From contig CBDCKW010000009.1 of NCBI GenBank assembly GCA_965218435.1, positions 1,888,001-1,952,000 of the forward strand: DNA of 64,000 nucleotides. Direction: 5' to 3'. The position numbers were made by a program, and so were the translations under genes. Below are positions 19,095 through 29,913 of this stretch, piece by piece (the stretch's first letter is position 1; each line of letters opens with the position of its first letter). Source of the DNA: Truepera sp. (GTDB taxonomy: Bacteria > Deinococcota > Deinococci > Deinococcales > Trueperaceae). A model generated the notes under the pieces. The model had not been told where the DNA came from and did no database searches. It was given only the letters and a program-made list of their open reading frames with translations.

Positions 19095-19227
19095 CTAAAA
19101 CCTCCATACCAATAAGTTTACCTGTCTTGCTACGACAAATTAGTTGGCGACACGTAAACTTTCATGCATCACAACTCAAGAGCGGTTTTCGTTTATAGTT
19201 TAGCTAGAACAGCTTTTGAGAGGCTTT

Positions 19228-19422
19228 GTGGGAGAAAACAAGCGCCTGAAGAAACAGTTGGAAGGATTGCAACTTCAGGTGGACAAACACAACCTCAAGA
19301 TTGCTGACGAGTTGCGAAGAGAGCATCCTGATCGCGGCCTTATAGAGCACTGGCAGAGAGAAGTAGATACATGGCGAACACAAGTTCAAAAGAAAAGAGA
19401 CCGGCTCGAGCGGAAACGCTAG
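19228..19422 (+). CDS. Small basic hypothetical protein
   Basis: GAGAGG RBS then GTG; MGENKRLKKQLEGL...HPDRGLIEHWQREV; overlaps the next ORF. Confidence 0.65.
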   Translation: MGENKRLKKQLEGLQLQVDKHNLKIADELRREHPDRGLIEHWQREVDTWRTQVQKKRDRLERKR

Positions 19423-19733
19423 ATAGAATTCTAAACATTCCCGGTGTGGTCGGTGAACCCGTCTGGAAAGAGTTAGCCGACGAAGCCGAGGTGTATCTCG
19501 AGCTGTACAAACACCTGTCTAAAGAACCGCTGGATTCACCTGAACGTGAAGCGTTAGAAGACAAGATGGTTATGTCGCTAGCACACCTTTCTACGCACAG
19601 TAAAATTCTCTACGCTTCAGTTGACGAAGCTATAGAGACAAACTTAATTGAAGAAGTAAAGTTTGAGAATGACTTGCAGGAAAGTTTTGTTGAAACTCTA
19701 AGTACGGGACAAAAGCCGAATACAGAAGTGTAG
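19371..19733 (+). CDS. Small acidic hypothetical protein; C-terminus replaced by the IS4 insertion
   Basis: ORF reads into the IS end at 19698; the pre-insertion frame resumes after the TSD at 20836. Confidence 0.55.
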   Translation: MANTSSKEKRPARAETLDRILNIPGVVGEPVWKELADEAEVYLELYKHLSKEPLDSPEREALEDKMVMSLAHLSTHSKILYASVDEAIETNLIEEVKFENDLQESFVETLSTGQKPNTEV

Positions 19734-20774
19734 ATCGTGATGTTTAAGGGGTAGATTCTTAAGCAGATGCCTGAGATGATCGAGACCATGCCTAAAGAAT
19801 GATTTTTCTCTGCGGAGGTGTGACTTAAGGCGCAAAGGCTTTTGCTTAGTGTCGTGGAGCCATTCTCCTATATGATGCGCCCAGGTAAAGGCAAGAGCTA
19901 GCAGCGTAAAAAGGGTGTCAAGCCGAGCGAGTTGAGTGAGATGGGTTGACTCCATATCAAAGCCTGTTTTCTTTAGAGCAGCAAAAAGCATTTCTATCTC
20001 CCAACGACGCTTGTAGGTGAGAAAGGCTTGAGCGGGCTTACGGTTGGTAGCAATGATGGCGTAGTCGTCGTGGGCGAGCTTCATACCGACAAGGCGTAAG
20101 CGGCAACCATGGAGGTTGCAAGTGTTGCTGACTATCTTGAGTTCACCTATAGGCAAAGATGCAAAAAGCGCATAGGCTGAACACCAGGGGTTGCATAAGC
20201 TATCCTTGCGAATACGAATAGCAAAAGGAACGTGGCGCTTATCCAGGTAGTTAAACCAAGTTACCCCGATAAACTCTCTATCTGCCAAGAAAAAGTCGAT
20301 ATCTCGGGGCTTGACAAGCTCGAAAAGGCGTTGTAGCAGGTCAATGCGCTCATCGTCTGACGAGTTGCCTCGCTTCTCCAGAAAACTCCAAACTATAGGA
20401 AAGGCAACGCCTCTATGGGCAATGGCGATTACCAGGATGTTGATATCGCACCTGCCGAACTGCCAGTTCGTCCGGTCAACGCAAACGGTATAAGGCGGCG
20501 GCGGTAAAAAGCTCAAAATCAGTTGGGCCACCTTGAGCTTATCCAGACGCACCTCTGCAAAAAAACGCTTGAGGCGGCGATAAGATGATTCCGGTTGAGC
20601 TGCGCCTTGAAACGCTAAGCTTAAACTGACCAGGTTGATGCTCTTCTCTTGCACAAGTACCAGCAACAAGGTACTCAGACATTTCAGCCTGGCTCCATTC
20701 ATAGGCAACTTCGCTGCTAGCGTTTCTTTCAGTCTTGTCTTATGCTGATAGTGGCTTCCTTGAGATTCTTTCAC
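19698..20774 (-). CDS. IS4-family DDE transposase
   Basis: DRTNW, LADREF, Y..RW.IE..F..LK (YREK) signature; stop codon lies in the IR. Confidence 0.93.
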   Translation of the reverse strand: MKESQGSHYQHKTRLKETLAAKLPMNGARLKCLSTLLLVLVQEKSINLVSLSLAFQGAAQPESSYRRLKRFFAEVRLDKLKVAQLILSFLPPPPYTVCVDRTNWQFGRCDINILVIAIAHRGVAFPIVWSFLEKRGNSSDDERIDLLQRLFELVKPRDIDFFLADREFIGVTWFNYLDKRHVPFAIRIRKDSLCNPWCSAYALFASLPIGELKIVSNTCNLHGCRLRLVGMKLAHDDYAIIATNRKPAQAFLTYKRRWEIEMLFAALKKTGFDMESTHLTQLARLDTLFTLLALAFTWAHHIGEWLHDTKQKPLRLKSHLRREKSFFRHGLDHLRHLLKNLPLKHHDLHFCIRLLSRT

Positions 20775-20826
20775 ACAGCTATTCTCGCTTAGGAAGCCGC
20801 TTCTTGTCTTTTTGTCCCGTACTTAG
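19698..20826 (-). mobile_element. IS4-family insertion sequence, 1129 bp, apparently intact
   Basis: Perfect 17-bp IRs CTAAGTACGGGACAAAA; 9-bp TSD GTTGAAACT at 19689-19697 and 20827-20835. Confidence 0.95.
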
Positions 20827-20873
20827 GTTGAAACTATAGAGGTAGAAACACATAAATCACTGGGGATGGGTAC

Positions 20874-21486
20874 ATGGGTACGTCTGCACAAGAAGCTATA
20901 GTAGACTTCTGGAATTACCTTAACAGGTTGACAGTAGAGCATGGGCAGGAGCTTGAAAGAGAAAGGTTGGAGCTACAAAAGATTACCAGTTCAAAAAGTG
21001 GTAGAGCAAAGAAAAACAAAGAAGTTAATCGACTTCTTGATAGCACTACAAACCTTGTCAATCAATATACAGATAGAATCAGGCTGTGCTACTTGCCGGA
21101 TGCGTCCCCACCACCCGCCTACAAACCTTGTCAATCAATATACAGATAGAATCAGCACAAGATTACCCGAATACAGATACAACGTAGGAAAGTATGTTGA
21201 AGCTTATCCAAAATTCGCCTTTTGGTTTGCCAGCACAGATAAGAGCGAAGAGGCGCAAAGGCAAGAGTTATACAGAGCTTTGAGAGACTTCAAAGAGACC
21301 TCAGAAAGCCTTGTTGGTAGCATGTCTGAATTTATAGACAATGTACAAGGGCTTGGACGTACTGCTTTAGAAGACTTAGGTCATACAGGACTTAATAATG
21401 CTTGTATGAAGTTGGTCGGAAAATTGGTAGGTACGCTAGATACAGTGAGAGAATTAAACGACCACCGCCAGAGGCGGTGGATTTGA
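20874..21486 (+). pseudogene. AT-rich helical protein gene disrupted by a 73-bp duplication plus insert and truncated by IS200
   Basis: Deleting 73 bp fuses ORFs 20874..21149 and 20941..21486 into one frame (...TTNLVNQYTDRISTRLPEY...). Confidence 0.8.
21046..21155. repeat. Exact 37-bp direct repeat flanking a 36-bp unrelated insert (repeat-spacer-repeat)
   Basis: CTACAAACCTTGTCAATCAATATACAGATAGAATCAG at 21046-21082 and 21119-21155; insert at 21083-21118. Confidence 0.95.
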
Positions 21487-22028
21487 AAATGACTCTAGAA
21501 GAGAAAGTCCTGCTGATTGCGTTCTTCCTCTTTTTCGCGCTTCTCTTGGTACTTCACATAACGACGGATCAGGTCTTCGTTTATACCTACAGTGTTGACA
21601 AAGTAACCGCGTGTCCAAAAGTGATTCCCCCAGTATGGTTTCTTCCGTAAGCCTGGCTAGCTTTTGAACAACTTGATGGCAAGCTTCCCTTTGAGAAATC
21701 CCATGAAATCCGATACTGACAACTTGGGAGGAATTGAACAAACCAAGTGGATGTGATCGGCTTGAACACTCAGCTCTATTACTTCTACAGAGCGCCACTC
21801 ACAAAGCGTATGGACGTCCTTCTCAACCAACTCTTTGACCATACCCGTCAGCACTCGGTAACGGTATTTAGGCACCCACACAATGTGGTAATTACACTGA
21901 TAGACAACGTGCGCAAGCTTTCTATACTTCCCCACGCCTTAGGGTACGACCTATGTGTCCCAGGCGAAACAGTAAGGCATAGCCGACGTTACATCACCAC
22001 CGCCAAAGACGGTGGGTTTTCACGCTAA
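21455..22028 (-). mobile_element. IS200-like element (tnpA only); ends approximate
   Basis: Subterminal hairpins CCACCGCC-aga-GGCGGTGG (21462-21480) and CCACCGCC-aaa-GACGGTGG (21997-22015) flank tnpA. Confidence 0.85.
21495..21935 (-). pseudogene. tnpA: IS200/IS605 Y1 transposase TnpA with nonsense codon at 21657-21659
   Basis: YHIVWVPKYR, DHIHL (HuH); the frame continues after TAG as PGLRKKPYWGNHFWTRGYFVNTVG...IRRYVKYQ. Confidence 0.9.
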
Positions 22029-22029
22029 A

Positions 22030-23421
22030 CTAAACTTCGAGCAGCATCCTCGCCGGGTTTTCTACCGCGTCTTTGACGCGTTTTAAGAACGTCACCGCTT
22101 CACGTCCGTCTACAATCCGGTGGTCGTAGGTCAGCGCGATGTACATCATGGGGCGGATGACCACTTCGCCGTTTAGGGCAATGGGCCGCTCGAAGATGCC
22201 GTGCATCCCCAAAACGCCCGACTGCGGCGGATTGACAATCGGTGTAGACATCAGGGAGCCGAACACGCCACCGTTTGAGATGGTAAAGGTGCCGCCTTGC
22301 AGCTCTTCAGGCGTAATCTTATTGGTCTGCGCCCGTTTGCCGAACTCGGAGATGGTGCGCTCGAGTTCCGCGAAACTCAGCCGCTCAGCACTGCGAATCA
22401 CCGGCACGAGCAAGCCCTTTTTCGAGCTGACCGCGACGCCGATGTCGTAGTAATTTTTGTAAACGATCTGCTGCTCACGAATTTCGGCGTTAAGCTGCGG
22501 AATCTGTTTAAGTCCGTCGATCACGGCTTTGACAAAAAACGACATAAAACCCAAACGCGTGCCCTCGTAGCGTTTTTGGAACTCCTCTTTGAACTCGCTC
22601 CGAAGGTCCATTACGGCGCTCATATCAACTTCGTTAAAGGTGGTGAGTAGGGCAGCGTTCGCCTGCGCTTCGACGAGCCGCTCGGCGATGCGGCGGCGCA
22701 GTGGACTCATCGGCACAGCTTCTTCTTGCCGGTCACCGGTTGAAGTTTGCGGCGCTGAAGTCGGTGCGGGGGTTTCTTTCGGCGCGGGTTTTTGCTGGAC
22801 TTCTTGCTGTGATTTTTTCTGTGGTGCAGGCTCCCTGCTCTGCTCATCTACGGTGCGCTGCACGTCTTCTTTAAGGACGCGGCCCCCCGGACCGGTCGCG
22901 CGTACATCCCTTGCAGACAAACCGTGCTCGTCTAACAGGCGCTGCGCGGCAGGCATGATGCGCACGTCCTCCGCGCCGCTTTCAGAAACATTGTCGGAGA
23001 GTTTTTGAGCTTGCGCGTCCGTAGCTTCGCCGGGTTCCGGGTCGAAGGCCATCTCCGGCGCTTCGTCTTTTTCACGTTCTGCAGAGGCTGATTCATCGGA
23101 CGCACCCGCTTCGGTTTCGCTACGCTCGGCGTTATCGTCGGTACCGGCGTCTTCAGTACCGGTATCACCAGCACTCGAGTCACCTGCTGCGTCGCCGACT
23201 TGCGCGATAACTTCGCCGACGGTAGCCGAGTCGCCCTGCTGTTTGGTCACGCCGCTTAAAATCCCGGAAACTGGGGCGGGAACCTCGAGCGTCGCCTTGT
23301 CGGTTTCAATCTCAACTAGCGGCTCGTCTTTTTCGACCGTTTCCCCATCCTGTTTAAGCCACGAGCCGATAAAGACTTCCGTAATGGACTCGCCGACTTC
23401 AGGAACTTTTACTTCAGCCAT
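22030..23421 (-). CDS. sucB: 2-oxoglutarate dehydrogenase E2 (dihydrolipoyl succinyltransferase)
   Basis: Lipoyl domain IETDK, E3-binding domain, [17 protein letters not shown]. Confidence 0.97.
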   Translation of the reverse strand: MAEVKVPEVGESITEVFIGSWLKQDGETVEKDEPLVEIETDKATLEVPAPVSGILSGVTKQQGDSATVGEVIAQVGDAAGDSSAGDTGTEDAGTDDNAERSETEAGASDESASAEREKDEAPEMAFDPEPGEATDAQAQKLSDNVSESGAEDVRIMPAAQRLLDEHGLSARDVRATGPGGRVLKEDVQRTVDEQSREPAPQKKSQQEVQQKPAPKETPAPTSAPQTSTGDRQEEAVPMSPLRRRIAERLVEAQANAALLTTFNEVDMSAVMDLRSEFKEEFQKRYEGTRLGFMSFFVKAVIDGLKQIPQLNAEIREQQIVYKNYYDIGVAVSSKKGLLVPVIRSAERLSFAELERTISEFGKRAQTNKITPEELQGGTFTISNGGVFGSLMSTPIVNPPQSGVLGMHGIFERPIALNGEVVIRPMMYIALTYDHRIVDGREAVTFLKRVKDAVENPARMLLEV

Positions 23422-23482
23422 ACTTCTCCCATATCTCTCCTCGTCGTTCTTTTATGTCTGTTAAACGCACCTTAACACCGTA

Positions 23483-26335
23483 TCAGCGTTGTAGTTCGGG
23501 CGTACCCGCCTCTTTTTTTAGACTGACACTAAACGCCGCGTGTAAAAGGTCACGCTGCTCGAGCTTGTGGGCGCTGCTCGAGCCCGTCGCCGGACTTGCC
23601 GAGGCGGGACGACAGACACCCAAAAAGGGGTGGCTGAACAACCGGTCACCAAAGGCTACCCGCAGATAGCGCCACGCCCCCATGTTTTCAGGCTCTTCTT
23701 GCACCCACGCAATCGGCACGTCTGCCGGATAAGGGGCGAGGGCCGCGTTCAGTTCCCGCTCAGAGAGCGGATAAAGCTGCTCTAAACGGACAAGCGCCGT
23801 GTCACGGTCGTCGCCGCGCTCGGCCAAGAGGTCGTAGTAGACCTTGCCCGAGCAGAGCAACACGCGTTTAACATGCTTAGCGTCAGCGTCGGGAATGACG
23901 CGCTGGAAGGTGCCGGTGGCGAGGTCTCCCAGGCTCGAGACCGCCTGCGGATGCCGTAGCAGACTCTTGGGCGTCATAATCACAAGCGGTTTACGCCACG
24001 GGCGCAGGACCTGACGGCGCAGCAGGTGAAACATCTGCGCGGGCGTCGTCGGGTACGCGACCTGCATATTATCCTCGGCGCAGAGCTGCAAAAAGCGCTC
24101 GAGCCGTGCCGACGAGTGCTCCGGCCCTGAACCCTCAAAGCCGTGCGGCAGGAGCATCGTAATCCCTGAAAGCCGCCGCCACTTCTCCTCGCCTGAGGCG
24201 ATAAACTGGTCAATAATCACCTGACCGGCGTTGACAAAATCGCCGAACTGCGCTTCCCAGATGACCAGGCCGTCGGGCACATCGAGCGAGTAACCGTATT
24301 CAAAGCCGAGCACACCCGTTTCGGAGAGCGGCGAGTTGTAGATTTCGACCGGGGCTTGTTCCGGCTCGAGGTGTTGGAGCGGGATGTAAGGCTCGCCGGT
24401 TTCCACGTCGAAAAGCGCCGCGTGTCGGTGGACGAAGGTGCCGCGGAGCGCGTCTTGGCCCGAAAGCCGGACCCGCACGCCCGACGTTGCCAGCGTCGCG
24501 TAGGCGAGCATTTCACCGGCCGCCCAATCTAAGGGGCGGTTACCCTCAGCCATCTCGAGCTTGTTGCCCAGTAGCCGCTTGAGTTTGGGATGTGTCTGAA
24601 ACCCTTCAGGAAACTCGTTTTGAGCGCGAATCAGTTCTGCAAGACGCTCCGGGGCAACCCCCGTGTCAACCTCGGGCATGTCTTCGTCTAACCCGCCGCT
24701 GTAACCTTCCCACAACCCTTCAAACGCCTGATACTGCGCCGTGTAGTCGTCGCTGCGGGCGGCTGACAGCTCTTGCTCTAAGACCTCGCGCCGCTCGACT
24801 AAAAGCCGGTCGGCGTCTTGTTGCGTGACCTCACCGAGTTTTAACAGCCGTTTGACGTAGCCCTGCCGCACCCCTTGGCGTTGCCGGATAGCCGCGTACA
24901 AGAGCGGCTGAGTAAAGGCCGGTTCGTCGCCTTCGTTGTGCCCGTAACGACGGTAGCAGTACATATCAATCACGACGTCTTGCTTAAACTCGCGCCGAAA
25001 GTCAAGCGCCAAGTTGACCACCTGCGCCACCGCTTCGGGGTCTTCGCCGTTCACGTGAAAGATAGGAATTTGCAACATCTTGGCGATGTCCGAGGCGTAG
25101 GTGCTGCTCCGGGCGTCACTAGGGCCGGTGGTAAAGCCGATCTGGTTATTCACGATCACGTGGAGCGTCCCACCGACGCGGTAACCGGGCAGCTCACTCA
25201 AGTTGAGGCTCTCTTGCACCACGCCTTCACCAATAAACGACGCGTCGCCGTGAATCAAAATGCCCATGCCAGTCTCGCGTTCGGCGTCGCCGGCGCGGTC
25301 TTGTTTGGCGCGCAAACGGCCCATCGCCACCGGGTTGACAAACTCCAAATGCGACGGGTTAAAGCAGAGCGAGAGGTGGACCTTATCGTCTTGCGCCGTG
25401 ACCCAATCGTTTGAGTAACCCAGGTGATATTTGACGTCGCCGCGGCCCCGGTTCAGCTCAGCGTCTTTGTCGTCAAACTCTCTAAAAATCTGCTTGGGGC
25501 TTTTGCCCATGATGTTGGCTAACACGTTCAGGCGGCCCCGGTGCGCCATCCCTAAGATAATTTCGCCCACCCCCTGCGCCCCGGCTTTTTCGATGGCTAA
25601 ATCTAACAGGGGGATGAGGCTTTCGCCGCCCTCGAGCGAAAAACTTTTGACGCCCACGTATTTTTTCTGAATAAACGCTTCAAAACTCACGGCGTCGGTC
25701 AGTTTGCTTAAAATCCGCAACTGCTCGTCACGGGAAAGCTCGAGCCGGTTCTCGGTCGTTTCCATCCGGCGCTGAAGCCACTTGCGCACCTGCAGGTCGT
25801 CAATATGCATAAACTGTGCGCCGATACTTCTACAGTAGGTATTTTTCAGCCGGGTGATAATCTCACCGACCGTAAGCGCCCCCATCCCCGGAATCGTATC
25901 GGGGGCGAGGGTGCGGCCCATGTCCTCTTCGGAAATGTCGTAATAAGCCGGCTCGAGTTCGGGCGGGGGTTCTTCGGCTGAAGGCATCTTTAAGGGGTCT
26001 AACTTGGCGATGATGTGGCCACGGACGCGGTAGTTGCGGACCATCCGCCCGACTTTTTGCTGCAGCGCGATATTACCTTCGCCCGCGTTGCTTTCACCGG
26101 CAGCGGTTTCACCTGCGCTCGCTTGCGCTGCCGAACCTGGGACCGAATTAAAGCTACCCGGGTTAAAGATACTTTTCGGCGTAAAACTCGGACCCGCGTG
26201 CCGAAAACCGTTACGCCCCGCTTCGTGTTCAAAAAAGCTGCGCCAGGGCGCGTCAACTGATGCCGGGTCCTCTAAGTAGCTCTCGTACAACTCTTCGATA
26301 AAAGCCAGACTCGAGGGATTTAGCTGCTCGCTCAT
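23483..26335 (-). CDS. sucA: 2-oxoglutarate dehydrogenase E1
   Basis: [40 protein letters not shown]. Confidence 0.98.
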   Translation of the reverse strand: MSEQLNPSSLAFIEELYESYLEDPASVDAPWRSFFEHEAGRNGFRHAGPSFTPKSIFNPGSFNSVPGSAAQASAGETAAGESNAGEGNIALQQKVGRMVRNYRVRGHIIAKLDPLKMPSAEEPPPELEPAYYDISEEDMGRTLAPDTIPGMGALTVGEIITRLKNTYCRSIGAQFMHIDDLQVRKWLQRRMETTENRLELSRDEQLRILSKLTDAVSFEAFIQKKYVGVKSFSLEGGESLIPLLDLAIEKAGAQGVGEIILGMAHRGRLNVLANIMGKSPKQIFREFDDKDAELNRGRGDVKYHLGYSNDWVTAQDDKVHLSLCFNPSHLEFVNPVAMGRLRAKQDRAGDAERETGMGILIHGDASFIGEGVVQESLNLSELPGYRVGGTLHVIVNNQIGFTTGPSDARSSTYASDIAKMLQIPIFHVNGEDPEAVAQVVNLALDFRREFKQDVVIDMYCYRRYGHNEGDEPAFTQPLLYAAIRQRQGVRQGYVKRLLKLGEVTQQDADRLLVERREVLEQELSAARSDDYTAQYQAFEGLWEGYSGGLDEDMPEVDTGVAPERLAELIRAQNEFPEGFQTHPKLKRLLGNKLEMAEGNRPLDWAAGEMLAYATLATSGVRVRLSGQDALRGTFVHRHAALFDVETGEPYIPLQHLEPEQAPVEIYNSPLSETGVLGFEYGYSLDVPDGLVIWEAQFGDFVNAGQVIIDQFIASGEEKWRRLSGITMLLPHGFEGSGPEHSSARLERFLQLCAEDNMQVAYPTTPAQMFHLLRRQVLRPWRKPLVIMTPKSLLRHPQAVSSLGDLATGTFQRVIPDADAKHVKRVLLCSGKVYYDLLAERGDDRDTALVRLEQLYPLSERELNAALAPYPADVPIAWVQEEPENMGAWRYLRVAFGDRLFSHPFLGVCRPASASPATGSSSAHKLEQRDLLHAAFSVSLKKEAGTPELQR

Positions 26336-26672
26336 AAACTCCTAGGTACCTTTCTCTGCGCCTTACACCTTAACTCATACATAGGCCCGACTCGAGCGTC
26401 GCAGATCGCCCTAAGCACCAGGCTCTGACAAGCCCTACTTTGCCCTACTGTACCGCGCTCATCCGAGGGGAGCGGTGTAGTCCTTACCATAAAATCACCA
26501 TAAAACATCCGTGCAAAGCTGCACTTACCCTAACGCCTGGCAAGATGTGGAAAGCGCGTAAAACCAGCCGAACCTGCTACTGAACTGCGTGTTTAGCTTT
26601 AGCAGAGCGCATCTATGCAACGGTTTAGGTGACTCAACCTAGAATTGCCTCAATTTCAAGTAGACTTGGCTT

Positions 26673-27661
26673 ATGCAGACGGTGACCCTCCAAGACATCG
26701 AAGCGGCAGCAGAGCGAATTAGGGGCACGGCGCGGCGTACGCCTCTGCTCGCGCTGGGGCCGGGACTTTACGCGAAGGCCGAAAACCTGCAGCTGACCGG
26801 CTCGTTTAAGCTGCGCGGGGCGTACAACTTTTTGGCGAGCTTGCCCCCGGAGGTTCGGGCCAAAGGTGTGGTTGCGGACTCGAGCGGCAATCACGCGCAG
26901 GGCGTCGCGTGCGCCGCACACCTTTTCGGTGTGCCAGCGACGATTGTCATTCCTAAAAATGCACCGCCCATCAAAGTCGCCCGGACACGGGCTTGGGGCG
27001 CGGAGGTCGTCCGGTGCGAAAACTCGAGCACCGACCGCGAGCGGGTTTGTGCAGAGCTGGTCGAATCGCACGGGTATACGCGCGTCCCTCCTTTTGACCA
27101 TCCGTGGATCGTCGCGGGACAAGGGACAACCGGCTTAGAAATCGCGCACGATTTGCCGGAGGTGGCGAATGTGTTGGTCTGTGTCGGCGGGGGCGGGCTC
27201 TTGTCGGGGATCACGGCGGCGCTCCGCGCCCTCTGCCCGGACGCACAGCTTATCGGCGTCGAACCCGAACTCGCGGCGGACGCGAAGGCGTCGCTTTCTG
27301 CGGGCAGCGTGCAGCGGTGGGACGCGGCGCTGACCACCCGCACCGTCGCCGACGGCGTGCGGACCCAGAACTTGGGTGAACTGCCCTTTTCGCTGATTCA
27401 GGTCAGATTGCAGGTATCGTCACGGTCTCAGAACAGGACATTTTAGAGGCGACCCGCTGGTACTTAACCGAGGCCAAACTCGTCGCCGAACCGACCGGGG
27501 CGTTGACGCTCGCGGCGTACCGGAAGCTGGGGCACAGCACCTATCAGGGCGTCACTCTACGACCCGGGCCTACGGTGCTGCTCGTCAGCGGGGGCAACGT
27601 CGAACCGACGTGGCTCGCTTCGCTCCTGAACGGTGCGCTGACCGCTGAGGGTACCGTATAA
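26673..27661 (+). pseudogene. Threonine/serine dehydratase with a frameshift near 27400 (or a sequencing error)
   Basis: KAENLQLTGSFKLRGA, SSGNHAQ, GQGT; after 'attcagg' homology continues in another frame (IVTVSE..I..A..LVAEPTGA...LVSGGNV) to TAA 27659-27661. Confidence 0.85.
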
Positions 27662-27691
27662 CGCACATGTTGTGTAAGATACAGCTAAGCC

Positions 27692-28057
27692 ATGCGTTTT
27701 AGCCCCTCTCTCCCCCCCATCGTCGTCCTGCTACTATTGGCTTTTTTGTGGCTTATCTTGCTCGTCTTGCTCGTCTGGTTCGCCTTCGGCAGGCAGCGTG
27801 ACCCGGACGAGCTGACGGAGACTAGAGACGAACTCCGGGGCAAAAGACCGCGCGAAACCAGGCGTACCGAAAGGGACAGCCTCGAGACACCCCTCAAACC
27901 CGACACGTCCAGCACACGCACACCGCAAGCAGCTAACCCCAGGCCACCGACCGTACGCGTCGTTACGCCAGTAGAACCTAAAGCCAAGCCCGACTTGCAA
28001 GACGCTTTTGATGACTTTAACCAACCCGACCATCGGCGCGACGATTTAGATTTTTAA
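27692..28057 (+). CDS. Membrane-anchored hypothetical protein
   Basis: N-terminal TM helix, charged low-complexity tail. Confidence 0.65.
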   Translation: MRFSPSLPPIVVLLLLAFLWLILLVLLVWFAFGRQRDPDELTETRDELRGKRPRETRRTERDSLETPLKPDTSSTRTPQAANPRPPTVRVVTPVEPKAKPDLQDAFDDFNQPDHRRDDLDF

Positions 28058-28113
28058 GCAGCTTTGGCGTTCGGGTTTAGCATTTCAAGCTCAAGGCTCG
28101 TTACACTTGAGCT

Positions 28114-29154
28114 ATGAACCCTCTCTCGCGCCCTTTTCGCGCCGCCCGGTTGCTCTCGCTGGTACGCGAGATTGACTTGGGGGCCATCAAAGACGAAGCC
28201 GAGCGCCGCTTTAGCCTCGAGCTGACCGGTGACGCTGACCTCACCACCAAACTCGCCGACCTGCTGAGCGCCACACCGGGACGAAGCGGTATCCATCCCT
28301 ACCTAACTGTCACGCCGCAGCCAGCAGGTGCAGCGGTTGACTTACGGCTCTATATTCAGCGGGGCTACGAGTCGCCCTCAGAGCTGCAAACACGCGTGCC
28401 GACGCTGAGCGTGTGTGTTGTAGAAGATAAGGAGACAACCAAACAAGTCGGCGCAGAGCTGCCGCATCCCGGCGAAACGGGCCGCGTCATCTTGGACGGG
28501 CTGAGCGCCCAAACCGTGCAAAACATGCTCATTCCCAAGATTTTGCGCACGCTTTCCCCGACGCTGCACCTCGCCGTGGGCCGACAACTTCCGGCGTTTC
28601 GTCCGGCGGTCATACGAGGGCTCGTTGAAGAAGCCTCGAGAGCCAACGCGCTTTACGCCGCGAGTACCGGCGTCGCTGAAATCGTCCCGGTGCTCAACCT
28701 GCCGCTCAACGTCGCCGATACCGTCGTCTTGAGCAAAAATCAGCTGGTCATGGCCTATAAGGTCGCACTCGCCGCAGGTAAAACAGGTCGCCCCCAAGAA
28801 CTTATCGGTGAGATCGTCGGGGTGCTCGGCGGCGGGCTCCTCTTTCGGCAAGTGGCGCGGGGGCTCGTTAGCCTGATTCCGGTGTGGGGCATCGTCCCGA
28901 AAGTCGCGGTAGCCTACGCCGGGACGCAGGTCGTCGGCACGGCGACGTCACTCTGGGCCACAGAAGGTAGGACGGCCTCAGCCGTAGAGGTACGTGAGCT
29001 TTATGCGGGCGCACTTACAAAGGGCCGTCAGGTGGCTGAGCGGCTGCTCCCTGGGCGGCGCAAACAGGGCGAGGCAAAGGTTTTGGAGGACACAAGCGTA
29101 GACAACAAGATTTTAGGGGAACTAGGGCCCCCCGACTCGTCCCAACCCGACTAA
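28114..29154 (+). CDS. Conserved hypothetical protein (DUF697/YcjF-like C-terminal half)
   Basis: AD..VL.KNQ..M, GGLLFRQVAR...IPV.G..PKVAVAYAGT. Confidence 0.7.
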   Translation: MNPLSRPFRAARLLSLVREIDLGAIKDEAERRFSLELTGDADLTTKLADLLSATPGRSGIHPYLTVTPQPAGAAVDLRLYIQRGYESPSELQTRVPTLSVCVVEDKETTKQVGAELPHPGETGRVILDGLSAQTVQNMLIPKILRTLSPTLHLAVGRQLPAFRPAVIRGLVEEASRANALYAASTGVAEIVPVLNLPLNVADTVVLSKNQLVMAYKVALAAGKTGRPQELIGEIVGVLGGGLLFRQVARGLVSLIPVWGIVPKVAVAYAGTQVVGTATSLWATEGRTASAVEVRELYAGALTKGRQVAERLLPGRRKQGEAKVLEDTSVDNKILGELGPPDSSQPD

Positions 29155-29173
29155 CAGGTCAGCCTTACGCGTT

Positions 29174-29203
29174 AAGCTGAGAGTCTAAAAGCTGAGAGTC
29201 TAA
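29174..29203. repeat. Exact 15-bp tandem duplication (aagctgagagtctaa x2)
   Basis: Read directly; intergenic. Confidence 0.9.
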
Positions 29204-29314
29204 GTAAAACTTCATCTCCAGGTCATGACGCGTCCGGGCCAACTCCTTTAGAGTAGAGCATTGCCAGGCGTAGAGACGTACTAACTTACCAGACCACGCC
29301 GGAAGAGGTGCCCG

Positions 29315-29839
29315 ATGAACCGTTTTTCGTTCGTTTTACCCGTTTTACTTGCTGGACTACTCGCAGGTTGTAACGTCGTTGTGCAACCCAATCCCATTAC
29401 GCCGCCCCCACCGCTAGAGGTGCTGCAGGCCAGCTACAGCACCAACTTTTCGGCACCCGACGGTCAGCCCGCCATCTGCGACAACAAAGCCACGACGATC
29501 ACCTACACTTTTCGCTATCAGGGTCAGCTCGAGAGTTGGACTTCGTACCTAAGAGGACAAGAATTAGGCAAAGAGAGTGGCAGACGAACCTTTACCCCGA
29601 CGAGCGCCAACGTCAGTGCTTACGAAACCTCAGGTTACGAAGTTACCTATACGCTTGACCCTAACACTGCGCCCTACGCAGTAGACCCGAGCGAGCTGTC
29701 ACCCCAAGGCATTATCGTGACGCCCAAACCCACTCAGCCTATCGGTGCGACGCAACTCTACCTTGTGCTCAAGGGGACCAACGGCGAATCCAAACCCTTT
29801 GTATCTAATCCTCTGCCGGTCTACATCAACTGTTCTTAG
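29315..29839 (+). CDS. Hypothetical lipoprotein
   Basis: Lipobox LLAGC; GAGGTG RBS. Confidence 0.75.
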   Translation: MNRFSFVLPVLLAGLLAGCNVVVQPNPITPPPPLEVLQASYSTNFSAPDGQPAICDNKATTITYTFRYQGQLESWTSYLRGQELGKESGRRTFTPTSANVSAYETSGYEVTYTLDPNTAPYAVDPSELSPQGIIVTPKPTQPIGATQLYLVLKGTNGESKPFVSNPLPVYINCS

Positions 29840-29871
29840 TTGTTAAGTAGTAGCTAGCTAAACTTTACGCT

Positions 29872-29901
29872 TATGCCCCTTATTTTGAACCGAGGGGCAT
29901 A
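29872..29901. terminator. Hairpin between convergent genes (probable bidirectional terminator)
   Basis: tatgcccct-N12-aggggcata. Confidence 0.6.
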
Positions 29902-29913
29902 TATCTGTTCAAT

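Noticed and set aside
21046..21155. Calling this a canonical CRISPR array
   Set aside because: Only two repeats; the repeat is host coding sequence with no palindrome or GAAAC-type end; no leader or cas genes nearby. Reported as an ectopic-integration candidate instead.
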